DNA of 64,000 nt. Origin: Theionarchaea archaeon. GTDB lineage: Archaea; Methanobacteriota_B; Thermococci; Methanofastidiosales; SZ-28-30. Under the pieces are notes generated by a model that worked only from the letters and a program-made list of their open reading frames with translations, did no database searches and had not been told where the DNA came from. A program made the position numbers and the translations under genes. The stretch is from contig JACVGT010000034.1 in the NCBI GenBank assembly GCA_018992685.1, forward strand, positions 14,735 through 78,734, read 5' to 3'. Below, piece by piece: positions 9,392 through 20,424 of the stretch (position 1 is the stretch's first letter; each line of letters begins with the position of its first letter).

Positions 9392-10978
9392 ATGCAGAGG
9401 CTGACAAAGCTTTCTTTGGGGATGGTCTCAATAGGGATCATGTTTTTTCTTACCGTAGCACCGTATCCTACAGCAGCTGTTGATAGACCTGGTGAGGTTC
9501 AAATAACGTCGTGTTCAACCAACTTTGACCCTGCACTCTATGAGGATATGGTTGTATGGATAACAAAGATAAATGGCACGTATGGGGTTTATGGACTGAA
9601 CCTTGAAACAGGGAGAAGCTTCTTCAACACCGCAGACCCGTGCAGGAAGAAGAACCCCCAGATCTACCAGGACGTTGTGGTCTGGGAAGACATGAGGAAT
9701 GGCAACTGGGACATCTATGGATATGATCTGGCCACCTATCAAGAATTCCAGATCACCAAAGACGAGAAGGACCAGACACACCCTGCAATTTACGGAGACA
9801 TTGTGGTATGGGAGGACAGAAGAAACGGTGAGTCAGATATTTATGGATATAATTTGAAGACGCATGAGGAGTTCCTTATTTCCAAGAGTGAAGGCTCTCA
9901 TTACACTCCCGATATTTTCGAAGACCTTGTGGTGTGGCATGGCTACAGGAATTCTGGCAATGCTATCTATGGGTATGATCTTCTCACAGGACAGGAGTTT
10001 CAGATTGTTGATGTCACGTGGAGTTTTGATTTGGTCTTGTCAGGGAAGTATGTGGTCTGGCAAGACTACGACAGCGGGAACCAGGAGATCTATGCCTATA
10101 ACCTCTCTTCCTCAGAAAGGACCACGGTATTCAGGGATCTATGGCGATGGGAGTGGTCATGCAGGTCGGATCCCATGACACTGCGCAAGATTGCGGCCTA
10201 TGATGACACGGTCTTGTGGGCTAGCTACCGTGACTGTAACTACGACATCTACGGGTATAATCTTGCCACAGGGAATCAGGTTCAGATCACCTCTGATCTT
10301 CATGATCAATTCTTTCCTGCTCTTTACAAGAATACTGCTGTGTGGATGGATGATAGAGACGGGAACTATAATGTCTATGGATATGACCTTGACTTTCCCG
10401 TTGTACCCGTATGGCTGACCTATGAAAAAAAGGTCACACTGCTCAGACTCTCATATGCAGCATTCCTTGTTTTCTTTGCCATTGGTGCTGGAATCATAGG
10501 ACGGAAGGTGAAACCTCTTCAGAACCTGTCAGAGAAACCAGTTCAAGTATTGAAAAGGGGACCTGTATCTGTTGTGGCACCAGCTGTTGTGTCTCTGATG
10601 TTTGCAGCCTTTTCACTGTATTTCTTCGAGAGTTTGGTCCTGTATGAGGCTAATTTTTCCATTATCGTTACTATTCTCTCTTTTGCACTCATATCATTGC
10701 TCCCTGTCTATATTACTGACTGGTGTGCAAGAACGCCGTACATCTTGATGACTGACACGGGTGTTACAGTCCTGGGAGTGTGGGGCAACGTCCAAAGGGT
10801 AAAGTGGAATGACATTCAAGAGGTCAGTGTGCAAAAGAAAAAGATTGATATCTTCACAGAAAAGCGAGAAATCATAGTCTGGCTATCCGTACTCTCTGAA
10901 AAAGAAAAAGAACAGTTCGTTCGGAGAATCAAGGATCTTTCTGAGAGTGCTGACATACCCCTGCATGAAGAAACATGA
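9392..10978 (+). CDS. Membrane-anchored beta-propeller repeat surface protein
   Basis: Signal peptide; repeated P.IY.D.VVWED.RNG..DIYGY.L units; C-terminal TM helices and PH-like tail. Confidence 0.85.
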   Translation: MQRLTKLSLGMVSIGIMFFLTVAPYPTAAVDRPGEVQITSCSTNFDPALYEDMVVWITKINGTYGVYGLNLETGRSFFNTADPCRKKNPQIYQDVVVWEDMRNGNWDIYGYDLATYQEFQITKDEKDQTHPAIYGDIVVWEDRRNGESDIYGYNLKTHEEFLISKSEGSHYTPDIFEDLVVWHGYRNSGNAIYGYDLLTGQEFQIVDVTWSFDLVLSGKYVVWQDYDSGNQEIYAYNLSSSERTTVFRDLWRWEWSCRSDPMTLRKIAAYDDTVLWASYRDCNYDIYGYNLATGNQVQITSDLHDQFFPALYKNTAVWMDDRDGNYNVYGYDLDFPVVPVWLTYEKKVTLLRLSYAAFLVFFAIGAGIIGRKVKPLQNLSEKPVQVLKRGPVSVVAPAVVSLMFAAFSLYFFESLVLYEANFSIIVTILSFALISLLPVYITDWCARTPYILMTDTGVTVLGVWGNVQRVKWNDIQEVSVQKKKIDIFTEKREIIVWLSVLSEKEKEQFVRRIKDLSESADIPLHEET

Positions 10979-11026
10979 AATGAAAAGCACAAAATGAGAA
11001 TGAAAAGAAAACCAAATCAAAAGAAA

Positions 11027-13012
11027 CTATTGCTGTCTTTGGACCATTCTGAATTCTGTGCACATGAGTGTATCAGTATTGAAGTATGACATCAGTTGGG
11101 GAGTCCTGGATTGTATTCTGACAGTACCAAGAGCACACGTCTTCAGTTGAATAGTGGCACCCATCCTGGAATCAATATACTCCTCTACTCTCTTTTCAAG
11201 AAGCGTCAGAGGCACACCGCCACTGCTCAAGACCACGTGGTGGAACTCCTTTATATTGAACGCGTCACCCAGTTCATCCATGGCTTTCTGGCGCAATTCC
11301 AACATTTTGAGCTTGCCCACCATATACCCTGTGGCCTGGGCAGGCAGCACAATGTACCGGTCCACCTCGTGAGAAGAATCATCATTTCCCATGGCCTCTT
11401 TCATGTAGGCTCTGGCTTCTTCTCGTGTCCACTGTTTATAGTGAATACCGGTATCTGCCACCAATCTCACAGCACGTAGTAATTCCATGTGCAGGCGTCC
11501 AATATTCCCATAGGGATCGTCTTCATACAGCCCCATCTCATAGACCAATTGCTCTGCATATAAGGCCCACCCTTCTACAAATCCGTTGTTGACTATGTCC
11601 CTACGGAATAGTGGCAAGTCCAATTCCTGAGCGATGGAAATCTGGAAGTAGTGACCTGGGATCGCCTCGTGGTAGGCAATAGTTGGCATCCGGTACGTGG
11701 GAACATATGAATTTCCTATGCCTGTATGGAATGCACCAGGACGGGAGCCGTCCAGAGAAGCCTGTACGTAGAATCCACCCCCGCCGCCAAAGGAAGGTTC
11801 TCCAACAACGATTAGTTCAGCAGCAGGACGTATGTCAAATACTTCATCCAACCGTGAATCCACATCATCCAGGATGTCCTCATACGTTGAAATGACCTCT
11901 TCCTTCCCCGATTGAGTGTATGTATTTATGAACCCCCGTTCCATGATGGCCCTGTCAATAAGTGTATTCATGCTCTCGTCTTGGGGGTACCCTAGTCCAT
12001 CAAAGACTTCACGCATTTCCTGTTGAATTCGATCTACTTCTGCAAGGCCCATCTGATGAATTTCCTCCGGGGTCAACACGGTGGATGTCTCATGACGGAG
12101 CATGTACTGGTAGTACTCATCTCCTTCAGGAAACCTCCATACGCCAGCTGTACTGGTGGCAACTGTCTCCAGGTACTCAACATACTCCAGAAGATCAGCA
12201 TAGGCAGGGAGGACAGACTCTTCAACGGCCTTCAAAGCTTCTTCACGAAGCACATCTCTCTCCTCATCTGACAGGTCAACCTCTTCGACTTTATCAGCAA
12301 AATAGGTGTAGAAAAGGATCGACCTGCCGCTGATGGTTGAAGGATCCCTGGAACTTGAGCCGAGGAATTCCATCAGCATCTGCCTGGTCATTGTGAGGAT
12401 ATAGGTGGGCGGGATGACTCCCAATTCTTCTCGCTTTTTCAATCCTGTGAGCAACTGTGCAACCTGTGTATCCACGCTGGAAAGACGAGCAACGTAATCC
12501 TCACAGTCTTCTTCATCAGTAAGGGTATGGTACTCCGTGAACAGACGAATAAGCTCGTCATGATAGCTGAGGAGGAAGTGGTGTATGGGATAGTTATAGT
12601 ACATGAATTTCCGGCCACGCACGAGGTCGTCCAGGTACCATTCGTAGGTATCATAGGAAATCTGCTGATCCTCGGTTAATGAAGAGCGATCGTACTCCCT
12701 CAATAACCTCAAGATGGCGCTTTCCAGTTCCTGGGTTTCCCTGATGTACTCATCTGATAGATCATTCAAGGTATTGTTCCGAAGTCCAACCTCTTCAGAG
12801 ATTCCCAGTGCTGTGACCCATTCAGGATATCTCAGCAGTAGTTGCTTGAAGGATGCGTCAAAGAACTCATCAATGGACAATCCTTTCAAGTCAGACACGA
12901 TATCATCCACTGTCGAAGATTGTACGGACGATTGTGAACTCTGGCCAATACAACCCGACAGTGCTAGTACTACAACAAGGGCCATGATTTTCCGCATTTT
13001 CGTGGTAATCAT
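11027..13012 (-). CDS. DUF885 family lipoprotein (putative metallopeptidase)
   Basis: Lipobox LSGC; HEAIPGH, EGWALYAE, RAVRLVADTGIH, FHHVVL motifs. Confidence 0.88.
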   Translation of the reverse strand: MITTKMRKIMALVVVLALSGCIGQSSQSSVQSSTVDDIVSDLKGLSIDEFFDASFKQLLLRYPEWVTALGISEEVGLRNNTLNDLSDEYIRETQELESAILRLLREYDRSSLTEDQQISYDTYEWYLDDLVRGRKFMYYNYPIHHFLLSYHDELIRLFTEYHTLTDEEDCEDYVARLSSVDTQVAQLLTGLKKREELGVIPPTYILTMTRQMLMEFLGSSSRDPSTISGRSILFYTYFADKVEEVDLSDEERDVLREEALKAVEESVLPAYADLLEYVEYLETVATSTAGVWRFPEGDEYYQYMLRHETSTVLTPEEIHQMGLAEVDRIQQEMREVFDGLGYPQDESMNTLIDRAIMERGFINTYTQSGKEEVISTYEDILDDVDSRLDEVFDIRPAAELIVVGEPSFGGGGGFYVQASLDGSRPGAFHTGIGNSYVPTYRMPTIAYHEAIPGHYFQISIAQELDLPLFRRDIVNNGFVEGWALYAEQLVYEMGLYEDDPYGNIGRLHMELLRAVRLVADTGIHYKQWTREEARAYMKEAMGNDDSSHEVDRYIVLPAQATGYMVGKLKMLELRQKAMDELGDAFNIKEFHHVVLSSGGVPLTLLEKRVEEYIDSRMGATIQLKTCALGTVRIQSRTPQLMSYFNTDTLMCTEFRMVQRQQ

Positions 13013-13190
13013 CTCCTTACTTCTATATCACGCGTGTTTGAATGCTCTTTTCTTACTATAGTCTATAGTAGCTATTACTGTGACGGAGATATGTTAAATA
13101 CTTTTGGGTTTCTTATTCGTACGGAATGAGCACATCTTCTCAGAATCCAAAGAAGGCAAACCATAAAAGTGTGAGTTCCAATGTGAGGCA

Positions 13191-14021
13191 ATGACTAGAA
13201 TTTTCACTCTGGTTGAAGATTATTCTGGATATGAGAGTCCCTTTCTCGCTCACCATGGAGTGAGCTTTCTCATCGAAGGTACAAGGACCATACTCTTCGA
13301 TGCAGGACAGAAAGCATTCCCCCTCCTGTACAACATGGAAAGGCTGGGACGTGACCCATCCACGATAGACTGTGTCTTCCTTTCTCACTGTCATTATGAC
13401 CATACAGGTGGGTTACTCGATGTTCTGAGAGCTATCAACGAGAGGATACCTGTCATCGCACATTCCACCGTTTTTAGACCCCATTTTTCTGAAAAAGAGT
13501 CAGAGAATGTAGGGATCCCCTTCGGACAGGAAGTGGTTCAGGAGTACTGTCAGCTTGTCCTGAGAGACAGTCCCTTTGAGATCATGGAAAATGTGTATTC
13601 CACAGGAGAGATCGTTCACAGAGAAGGGTTTGAGACGGAGGCGCTGCAGAACATGAGGTTATACACGTTGGAAAAGGGTAATCCAGTGAAGGATTGGCTC
13701 ATGGATGACATGAGTATTGTCATGAAGACTCCTGAAGGGTTGGTGATTGTTACTGGCTGCTCCCATGCAGGAATCGTGAGCATCATTGACCATGCTGTTT
13801 CTCTGATGCATGAGAAGAGAATTAAGGCGGTGATAGGGGGGTTCCATCTCATTGAAGCAGGGAAAGAGCACATTGAAAAGACAGTAGACGCATTGAGGGC
13901 CCGGAACGTACAGGGGCTGTACACAGGACACTGTACGGGACTGAGAGCGGAAGCGCTGTTCCTGGATTCATGGGGAGAACAGTTTCATAAACTACATTCA
14001 GGGATGGTAATAGAGATTTGA
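13191..14021 (+). CDS. MBL-fold metallohydrolase (MJ0301-like / COG1237)
   Basis: SHCHYDHTGG, GCSHAG, GGFHL, GHCTG. Confidence 0.88.
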   Translation: MTRIFTLVEDYSGYESPFLAHHGVSFLIEGTRTILFDAGQKAFPLLYNMERLGRDPSTIDCVFLSHCHYDHTGGLLDVLRAINERIPVIAHSTVFRPHFSEKESENVGIPFGQEVVQEYCQLVLRDSPFEIMENVYSTGEIVHREGFETEALQNMRLYTLEKGNPVKDWLMDDMSIVMKTPEGLVIVTGCSHAGIVSIIDHAVSLMHEKRIKAVIGGFHLIEAGKEHIEKTVDALRARNVQGLYTGHCTGLRAEALFLDSWGEQFHKLHSGMVIEI

Positions 14022-14044
14022 TCCGTCCTGCCAGAGGATGAGGA

Positions 14045-15043
14045 TCAGCCGTAGTATCGTTTGAAGATCCGACAGATTGCCAGTGAAACCCAGAGCTGCA
14101 TTTCTCTGTTTTTTGGACTGTCTTTATACCCTTTCTTCTGGTATGACAGTCTCCATAATCCGTTGTCCTCCTGGCTGTCAATGAACCACTGGAGTGCTTT
14201 TTTCACGTCCGGGTCCTCTTCAGGAATTCCGATGAGCGAAATGGAGTCCATGGCAGACACCAGGTTGTTCCACCAGAAGGGGAACTCAAATCGAACCCAG
14301 TATTCCTCTGATTGATAGGAGGTGTAAGAATCCTTCTTGAAAAACCGAGATTTCAGCAGGGTGGCTGCTGCCACAGCTTCTTCTGAGTGTCTGTAGCGAG
14401 GGTGAGAGGCGAAAGCGCGCAACACCATACCGGTGCAAGTGTGAGAAAAAGGCTGTGACCTATCAGGGCTGAGCGGTTCAGCATACTGACTGGTTAGCTG
14501 GATTTGTTCGTTCCAGGATATGTCTCTGGTAAGGAGAGGGATGGTCCACCCGTTGTCATGCTGCCTCATAGACAACAACCACTGAAGCCCTTTTTTGACT
14601 CTGGGGTCTTCTGTATAGCCTGCTGTAATGAGCAGGGACAGGATAGCACCTGTGTAGTAGGTGGCATACTGGTTGCCAATCATTCCACGGACGTCTCCCT
14701 GTTCAGTCTGACAGGAAAACAGGAACTCTGCAGCTTTCTGGATTGAAGGGTGTTCGTTGGTGAACTGGTACATATCTACAAGGAATCTGAATTGCCTCCA
14801 CGTCTCAACCAGAGGATAGTGATGGTCAGGATAAACGTTCTTTCGCGCTCCAGGGTATTTCCACGACCCATCACGCAGTTGGGATTGTATTATTTTCTGC
14901 GGTTCTGGCAATTCCCAGACATTCTGTATGGATGGCACTGGGCTGGACAGCAAATCTCGTTCGGTAAAATACTTCAGTGCGGGGCCAGATGATAGGAGAA
15001 GAGGAGTGGGGTCATGCTGAAGATAGAGGTTCCATGAAGACAT
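14045..15043 (-). CDS. Prenyltransferase/squalene-cyclase-like repeat protein
   Basis: QxxDGSW, QHDNGW and QEDNGLW repeats; start set at ATG 15043 to avoid overlap with UbiD gene. Confidence 0.7.
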   Translation of the reverse strand: MSSWNLYLQHDPTPLLLSSGPALKYFTERDLLSSPVPSIQNVWELPEPQKIIQSQLRDGSWKYPGARKNVYPDHHYPLVETWRQFRFLVDMYQFTNEHPSIQKAAEFLFSCQTEQGDVRGMIGNQYATYYTGAILSLLITAGYTEDPRVKKGLQWLLSMRQHDNGWTIPLLTRDISWNEQIQLTSQYAEPLSPDRSQPFSHTCTGMVLRAFASHPRYRHSEEAVAAATLLKSRFFKKDSYTSYQSEEYWVRFEFPFWWNNLVSAMDSISLIGIPEEDPDVKKALQWFIDSQEDNGLWRLSYQKKGYKDSPKNREMQLWVSLAICRIFKRYYG

Positions 15044-15137
15044 GATATCGACCTGGTTCTTTCGGTGTATGATTTTTCTTTTCTTATGAGGTTGATGGTT
15101 CTTTGCAGTCGTGGAAGAGATTTCACTGTACTGTGGT

Positions 15138-16388
15138 TTAAATGACTTTCTCGAAATCCTTCCTCTCTTTGTCCAGAGGGATGGTGCAGTCAAATCCAGC
15201 TTTGCAGGTTTTTCTCCTGTCCTCTCCAGGGTCTGAGCTGGGGTCGAGGCTTGATCCAGGGGAATCCGGATATGAGTATACATCCTTGTCTGCCTGGAAC
15301 CGCGTTGAGAATGCCCAGAGTCTATCATCTGGATTCAGAATATCAATGTCTTCGTCAAAGACAAAGACATGCTTCAGGCTCTTATGTGCATCCAGTGCAG
15401 TCTCAATCACGTTTCCTGGGTCGTCATTGCTGTGTTTTACAATGGACACTGAACAACCAAGCCAGTCGATACCACCATCCGTGAAGGCCAGATCCTTCAC
15501 TGTGCACATCTTCCGGAGTTCCCGGTAGATGAGGGGCAGCTTTCCGAATCCCATCAAGAATGAGTGCTCCCCTCTACCCGGAGTCAACGCGTAGTAAATG
15601 GGGGTTTTCTGCTGCAGGATTTTCGTGATTTTGAGCACCGGCTGTTGCCGTACGAGATCCAGTGTTCCTGTCATATCAACAAAAGGTCCTTCTTTCCCCT
15701 GTTCTGGAGTGAGTTCTCCCAGCAGGACAATCTCACTGCTTGCAGGCACCGACAACCCATTCTCTACTGTCACCATTTCAATAGGGGTCTCGTAGAACCC
15801 ACCCGCGAGAGAGGTCTCGTCCACAGGGTCTGGAGTGGAAATTGCGGCAGCAAATAGTAGGGCGGGATCGAGACCCAGGCAGATAGCTACATCAATGTGC
15901 CTGTTGTTCCTGGTGTAACAGTTCCACGTATGCCTGTGGCAGATTCTGGTGGTGCACATATTCTTTCCCTTGACCAGAATTCTGTGATAGGAGAGGTTAC
16001 GTGTCTCACACTCTGTCACAAAAACACCGGCTGTTATGTAGGGTCCTGGGTCAGAATCGTAGTACGTCAGAATTGGTAGCTTTCCAAGGTCTGCTTCGAC
16101 TTCCTCAAAGGGCTGCTTTTCAACAATAACTGGATCTACAGGGTGATCCAGAGCTCTCACAACTTTTTCCTGAAGTTCTTTCCAGTTCATGTCGAAGATT
16201 GCACAAAAATTCTCTCGTGTACACAGGTTCGAAGCAATCCTGTAATCCATCCCTGTGTTTTCGAAAAGGAAGGCTGTGTCAGACTTCCGGATTATCTGGG
16301 AAATCTCATCCAGCGAAACTGCTTTTGTCACTCGCTCAAGTCTGCCTTTTGAGGCAAGCTTTCCGAGTGCCTGGCTGAAGGTGTACAT
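15138..16388 (-). CDS. UbiD-family prFMN decarboxylase
   Basis: GPYITAG, RNLSYHR, EGPFVDMTG, DEDIDI, SSLDPS, KAGFDCT; possibly the archaeal mevalonate-pathway decarboxylase (inference). Confidence 0.9.
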   Translation of the reverse strand: MYTFSQALGKLASKGRLERVTKAVSLDEISQIIRKSDTAFLFENTGMDYRIASNLCTRENFCAIFDMNWKELQEKVVRALDHPVDPVIVEKQPFEEVEADLGKLPILTYYDSDPGPYITAGVFVTECETRNLSYHRILVKGKNMCTTRICHRHTWNCYTRNNRHIDVAICLGLDPALLFAAAISTPDPVDETSLAGGFYETPIEMVTVENGLSVPASSEIVLLGELTPEQGKEGPFVDMTGTLDLVRQQPVLKITKILQQKTPIYYALTPGRGEHSFLMGFGKLPLIYRELRKMCTVKDLAFTDGGIDWLGCSVSIVKHSNDDPGNVIETALDAHKSLKHVFVFDEDIDILNPDDRLWAFSTRFQADKDVYSYPDSPGSSLDPSSDPGEDRRKTCKAGFDCTIPLDKERKDFEKVI

Positions 16389-16558
16389 GAGTTCACCTCC
16401 ACTACCTGAAGAACCAGTTGTATTAAGCTTTACTGTTCCAGGACGTCATTTTGATTACATGGATATAAACGAAAGGTATCTGTGTCATGCCAATCGAGAG
16501 AAGGTCTGTATTGCCCAGGCGACAAGATACCAGTACCCTTTGAAACATGTGGGAATGG

Positions 16559-17674
16559 TCAGTCCCTTCTTCTCAAAGACAGTACTGCTATCATCAAGAA
16601 GAGAGATGCAAACCCGACCAGAGCGACAATATCTATCCATATCTTTTCCAGCCCCCATCCTCGCAGCATGACATCACGGCACGCATCTACAGCATATGTG
16701 GGAGGAATCATGTATGATGCAGGTCGCAGCCATGAGGGGATAGCCTCAATGGGCCAGAAAATCCCTGACAGCAGAAAGGCTGGCAATACTACAAAGGGGA
16801 AGAACTGGATAGCCTGTACTTCCCTCTTGGCAAGGCCTGACAACAAAATTCCCAGAGACTGGCTCACAACTGCCAGAAGGGCAATGACTACAAAGGCCAC
16901 AGCCACATTTCCCACAACAGTGACCTTGAACACAAGGACACCAACCGTCAAAAGGAATGCAGACTGCAGTGTGCCCAGCAGACCGAAAGCCAGAGCGTAT
17001 CCTGTCACGATTTCACTCTCCCGAAGGGGAGTTGCCAACAATCGATCCAGTGTACCTGAAACGCGCTCCCCCACAAAAGTTATGAGTGTCAAAAGAATGG
17101 TGAGAAGATACGCAACAAATGACAGAATTCCGGGAAAGAAATAATCCATGAAACTAGCATTCTTCCCGAATATGGAATCTTCATGTATGGTGATTGGTGC
17201 CTCTTGTCCGATTTCTTGCATGGTGCCTGTCATAGCAGCGGTTATGCTCTTCAGGACGGGATTTGCCACATTGGGATTGCTCCTGTCAATAATGACCTGA
17301 ATTTCACCCGGGAACGAGGCAGTTATAACCTCCTGTGTGAAATGCTCAGGGAACACAATTGCTGCAAGAGCTCTTCCATGTTCTACATCATTCCGAGCTT
17401 CATCTGCACTTTTCAGTGTGGTTATGTCAAGCATCTGCCTGTCAAGCTGGGATATGATTTCTTCTGACAAGGAAATCCAGACACCCTGGGCTGTAGATCC
17501 TTCATCAGCATTCACAACAATCACAGGAACATCTTTGACATCTCCACTGAATGCTACTCCAAACACGAACATGGCAAAAAGAGGAGCCAGAAACATAAGG
17601 GCAGGCGTCCGCCTGTCATTCTTGAGGTCCCTGAACACACGTTTTGTCACTGCAAGACAGCGATAGATCTTCAT
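16559..17674 (-). CDS. ABC-2 transporter permease
   Basis: ERVSGTLDRLLATPL; multi-TM. Confidence 0.9.
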   Translation of the reverse strand: MKIYRCLAVTKRVFRDLKNDRRTPALMFLAPLFAMFVFGVAFSGDVKDVPVIVVNADEGSTAQGVWISLSEEIISQLDRQMLDITTLKSADEARNDVEHGRALAAIVFPEHFTQEVITASFPGEIQVIIDRSNPNVANPVLKSITAAMTGTMQEIGQEAPITIHEDSIFGKNASFMDYFFPGILSFVAYLLTILLTLITFVGERVSGTLDRLLATPLRESEIVTGYALAFGLLGTLQSAFLLTVGVLVFKVTVVGNVAVAFVVIALLAVVSQSLGILLSGLAKREVQAIQFFPFVVLPAFLLSGIFWPIEAIPSWLRPASYMIPPTYAVDACRDVMLRGWGLEKIWIDIVALVGFASLFLMIAVLSLRRRD

Positions 17675-18399
17675 GGTGTCACCTCCTGTCTGGAGAACTC
17701 TACGAAGGCATCTTCCAGCGAGGTTGTTTCTGTCTTTTCAAGGAGCTCAGTGGGGCTTCCCTCCGCAATGATTCTCCCTCTTCTGATAAACCCGATCTTG
17801 TCGCAACGCCTGGCTTCATCCATGTAGTGCGTGGTAATCAGAATTGTAGTTCCCGTATCTTTGAGGGCATGGAAGTGATCCCAGAAGGCAAGTCTCAACT
17901 CTGGGTCCACGCCCACGGTGGGTTCATCCAGAAAGAGGAGACACGGGTCATGAATGAGGGCACACGCCAGAGAGACTCTGTGTTTCATCCCGCCACTCAG
18001 GTGTGCGATAAGTGTATTCTTCCACGCTTCCAGGTCTACAAATCTCAGGAGCTCATTTTCTTTCTCAATAATGGCCGAACGTGGGAGTCCAAAGATTTCG
18101 CCATAGAACTCCAGGAGTTCAGTGACTTTCAACCCCGTGTCAAGTGCTGTCTCCTGGGGCATGTACCCGATATTGGATGCTATGCTCTTGTCAGGAACTC
18201 TTCTCTCCAGGACGTATGCTTCCCCCGAAGTTGGGACCAGGAGACTTGATAATATCCGGATGATAGTGGTCTTTCCTGCCCCATTGGGACCGAGTAATCC
18301 ATATATTTCGCCTTCTGATACGGTCAGGTCCAATCTGTCCACTGCGGTGACTGTCCCGAACTTCTTGACCAGTTGCATAGTCCGAATGATATTTCCCAC
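17671..18399 (-). CDS. ABC transporter ATP-binding protein
   Basis: GPNGAGKTT, LSGGM, LDEPT, TTH. Confidence 0.93.
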   Translation of the reverse strand: MGNIIRTMQLVKKFGTVTAVDRLDLTVSEGEIYGLLGPNGAGKTTIIRILSSLLVPTSGEAYVLERRVPDKSIASNIGYMPQETALDTGLKVTELLEFYGEIFGLPRSAIIEKENELLRFVDLEAWKNTLIAHLSGGMKHRVSLACALIHDPCLLFLDEPTVGVDPELRLAFWDHFHALKDTGTTILITTHYMDEARRCDKIGFIRRGRIIAEGSPTELLEKTETTSLEDAFVEFSRQEVTP

Positions 18400-18676
18400 C
18401 TTTTCACCTCGTCGAGCTATGCAGCACGCCTCTTAAACTTTATGATACGTGAGAGGTATGACAGACGCTTCTTGTTTTTGTGTCTTCATCAGCACAGTTC
18501 CCTGCAGGCCAGCTATGGTGTGCAGAGATCACGAATCTGTTACAACGAGGGGAAAGAGAAGAAAGAGCCCCCGACCCGGCAAAATGGGAGATTTTGCAGA
18601 ATGAATCAGAACGATGAAATACCCACCGCACATGTTAGGTAGTATTATTATAAGAAAGAACAGGATACACTGTTTC

Positions 18677-19189
18677 ATGACAGAAACCCCCAAAAAAATG
18701 CTGGAGCCCCGTCAACTTGCACTTTCAGCAATATTTGCAGCTGTGGTATGCGCAGCCACGCTTGTCATCCGGATTCCCGTCCCCGCCACCAGTGGGTATA
18801 TCAACCTGGGAGATTCCATGATCTTTGTTTCAGCTCTCCTCTTCGGCAGCAGAATCGGAGGAGTGGCTGGTGGTGTAGGAAGTGCGCTGGCCGACATTCT
18901 GGGAGGATTCGGAAGTTGGGCTCCGTTCACCTTAATCATAAAAGGAACAGAAGGATTCATAACCGGAAAACTGGCAAAATCTGGGAAGATTCCTGCATCT
19001 ATTATAGCAGTCATTGTTGGAGGATGTATCATGGTTGCAGGATATTTCGTGGTAGAGGCGTATCTCTACGGGATCCCCGCCGCCATTGCAGAACTACCGG
19101 GAAACCTATTTCAGGCGGGATCAGGACTTCTAATTGCCATTCCACTGTCGAAAGCCGTCCAAAAAGCCATGCCAGAAAGATTTTTATAG
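18677..19189 (+). CDS. ECF transporter S component
   Basis: IPVPATSGYINLGD, GSALAD, WAPFTLIIKG. Confidence 0.88.
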   Translation: MTETPKKMLEPRQLALSAIFAAVVCAATLVIRIPVPATSGYINLGDSMIFVSALLFGSRIGGVAGGVGSALADILGGFGSWAPFTLIIKGTEGFITGKLAKSGKIPASIIAVIVGGCIMVAGYFVVEAYLYGIPAAIAELPGNLFQAGSGLLIAIPLSKAVQKAMPERFL

Positions 19190-19209
19190 AAATCCGTTGA
19201 TACAGTGGC

Positions 19210-19830
19210 ATGATCGAGGTCGAGCTCAGCGTCAGTATCCAAGGGAACTACGGCTGTGACATCACGAATCGCCACCAGGATCTCATCTTGGAAGTTGTCT
19301 CAGGGTACAATGAAGAAGGAACGGTCTCTGGATTACTCAAGACCAACTACCCTCCCGAGGAGCTACAGAATCTCCGTGAGGAGTTTTTGACCTTTCCGTA
19401 TGTCAAGGAATATGAGGTTTTGGAGTCAGGATATGTTAGAATAGCAGTGGATTCCTCTGATTTTCCTCTTTCCCAGTTGATCCATACAGCAGGAGCTTTC
19501 TATATTTACCCCATCAGATTTCAGAAAGGGAGAGAACTGTGCACTCTCATCTTTGAAAACAAGAAGAGACTTCAATCTGTGCTTCAACACCTGGAAGACT
19601 GGAAGATTATACGAATCGGAAATGTGAACCTTCAGTTTGATCTGGAAGATCTAACTCCTCAGCAGTTGAAAGCAGTCAACCTGGCTATTGAACGAGGGTA
19701 TTTCGAAATCCCCAAGAAAGTCAACCTGGAAGAGCTGTCAACCCAGATGAAACTATCAAGAACGACCTTCTTGGAACACTTGCGAAAGGCTGAAAAGAAA
19801 ATACTGTCACGATACTTCGAGATGGACTGA
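19210..19830 (+). CDS. HTH-10 (Bat-type) transcriptional regulator
   Basis: LTPQQ...A...GYFEIPK...L.EL...T..EHLRKAEKK. Confidence 0.88.
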   Translation: MIEVELSVSIQGNYGCDITNRHQDLILEVVSGYNEEGTVSGLLKTNYPPEELQNLREEFLTFPYVKEYEVLESGYVRIAVDSSDFPLSQLIHTAGAFYIYPIRFQKGRELCTLIFENKKRLQSVLQHLEDWKIIRIGNVNLQFDLEDLTPQQLKAVNLAIERGYFEIPKKVNLEELSTQMKLSRTTFLEHLRKAEKKILSRYFEMD

Positions 19831-20004
19831 GAACGGAATCTTCCTGGTACAAAAGTCATACATGAAGGTTTCATGCTCTCGAGTATCTCCTGGGCCCTGT
19901 GTACGTGCATTCAATTATTGTGGTTCCTTTGAGCATGCAGTACCCATTCATTCCCCTCTTGTGGATGGAATGGTGAGGAAGCATCAAGCGTCGCCCTGGA
20001 TGGA

Positions 20005-20334
20005 TCAACATGTGAGATGAAAAGCTGCCGCCTTCTTTCCAGTCAATGTGTTAAAAACGGTCACAGCCTCCCCTGTCTTCTTTACGATTAGAGTTATCCC
20101 CTTATTTTCTAGAAATTCCCTGGTCTTATCAAGTACTTTCATGAACCCATGGGCTCCTGTACCCACCACCAGGACCTCAGGGGATTCGTCGACAATCACA
20201 TCCAGATCTTCAGGCCCCACTGCATGACCCTGCTTTCTCCACCAACTGTGCACCTTCCCTGCAACAATTATAATGTCTGAAGTGTATTCCTTTCCATCAA
20301 TACCAATATGTCCAAAAGAGTACTGCTCGATCAT
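20005..20334 (-). CDS. Mth938-like (DUF498) protein
   Basis: YSFGHI.IDG, PEVLVVGTG, AAFHLTC. Confidence 0.9.
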   Translation of the reverse strand: MIEQYSFGHIGIDGKEYTSDIIIVAGKVHSWWRKQGHAVGPEDLDVIVDESPEVLVVGTGAHGFMKVLDKTREFLENKGITLIVKKTGEAVTVFNTLTGKKAAAFHLTC

Positions 20335-20424
20335 TGCTCCTCATCGTTGTGAACTCTCTTAAACATTTCTTCTCCGACAAATCCGGTCTACACCAATTCA
20401 CAACAAAAAAGAAAAAAAGAAGTG

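Noticed and set aside
9550-10390. CRISPR-like or tandem DNA repeats
   Set aside because: The periodicity comes from beta-propeller protein repeats; there are no identical repeats with spacers.
18579-18597. Riboswitch upstream of the ECF S component (GCAAAAT/ATTTTGC hairpin)
   Set aside because: A single short stem upstream of the likely TATA box, with no recognisable aptamer consensus.
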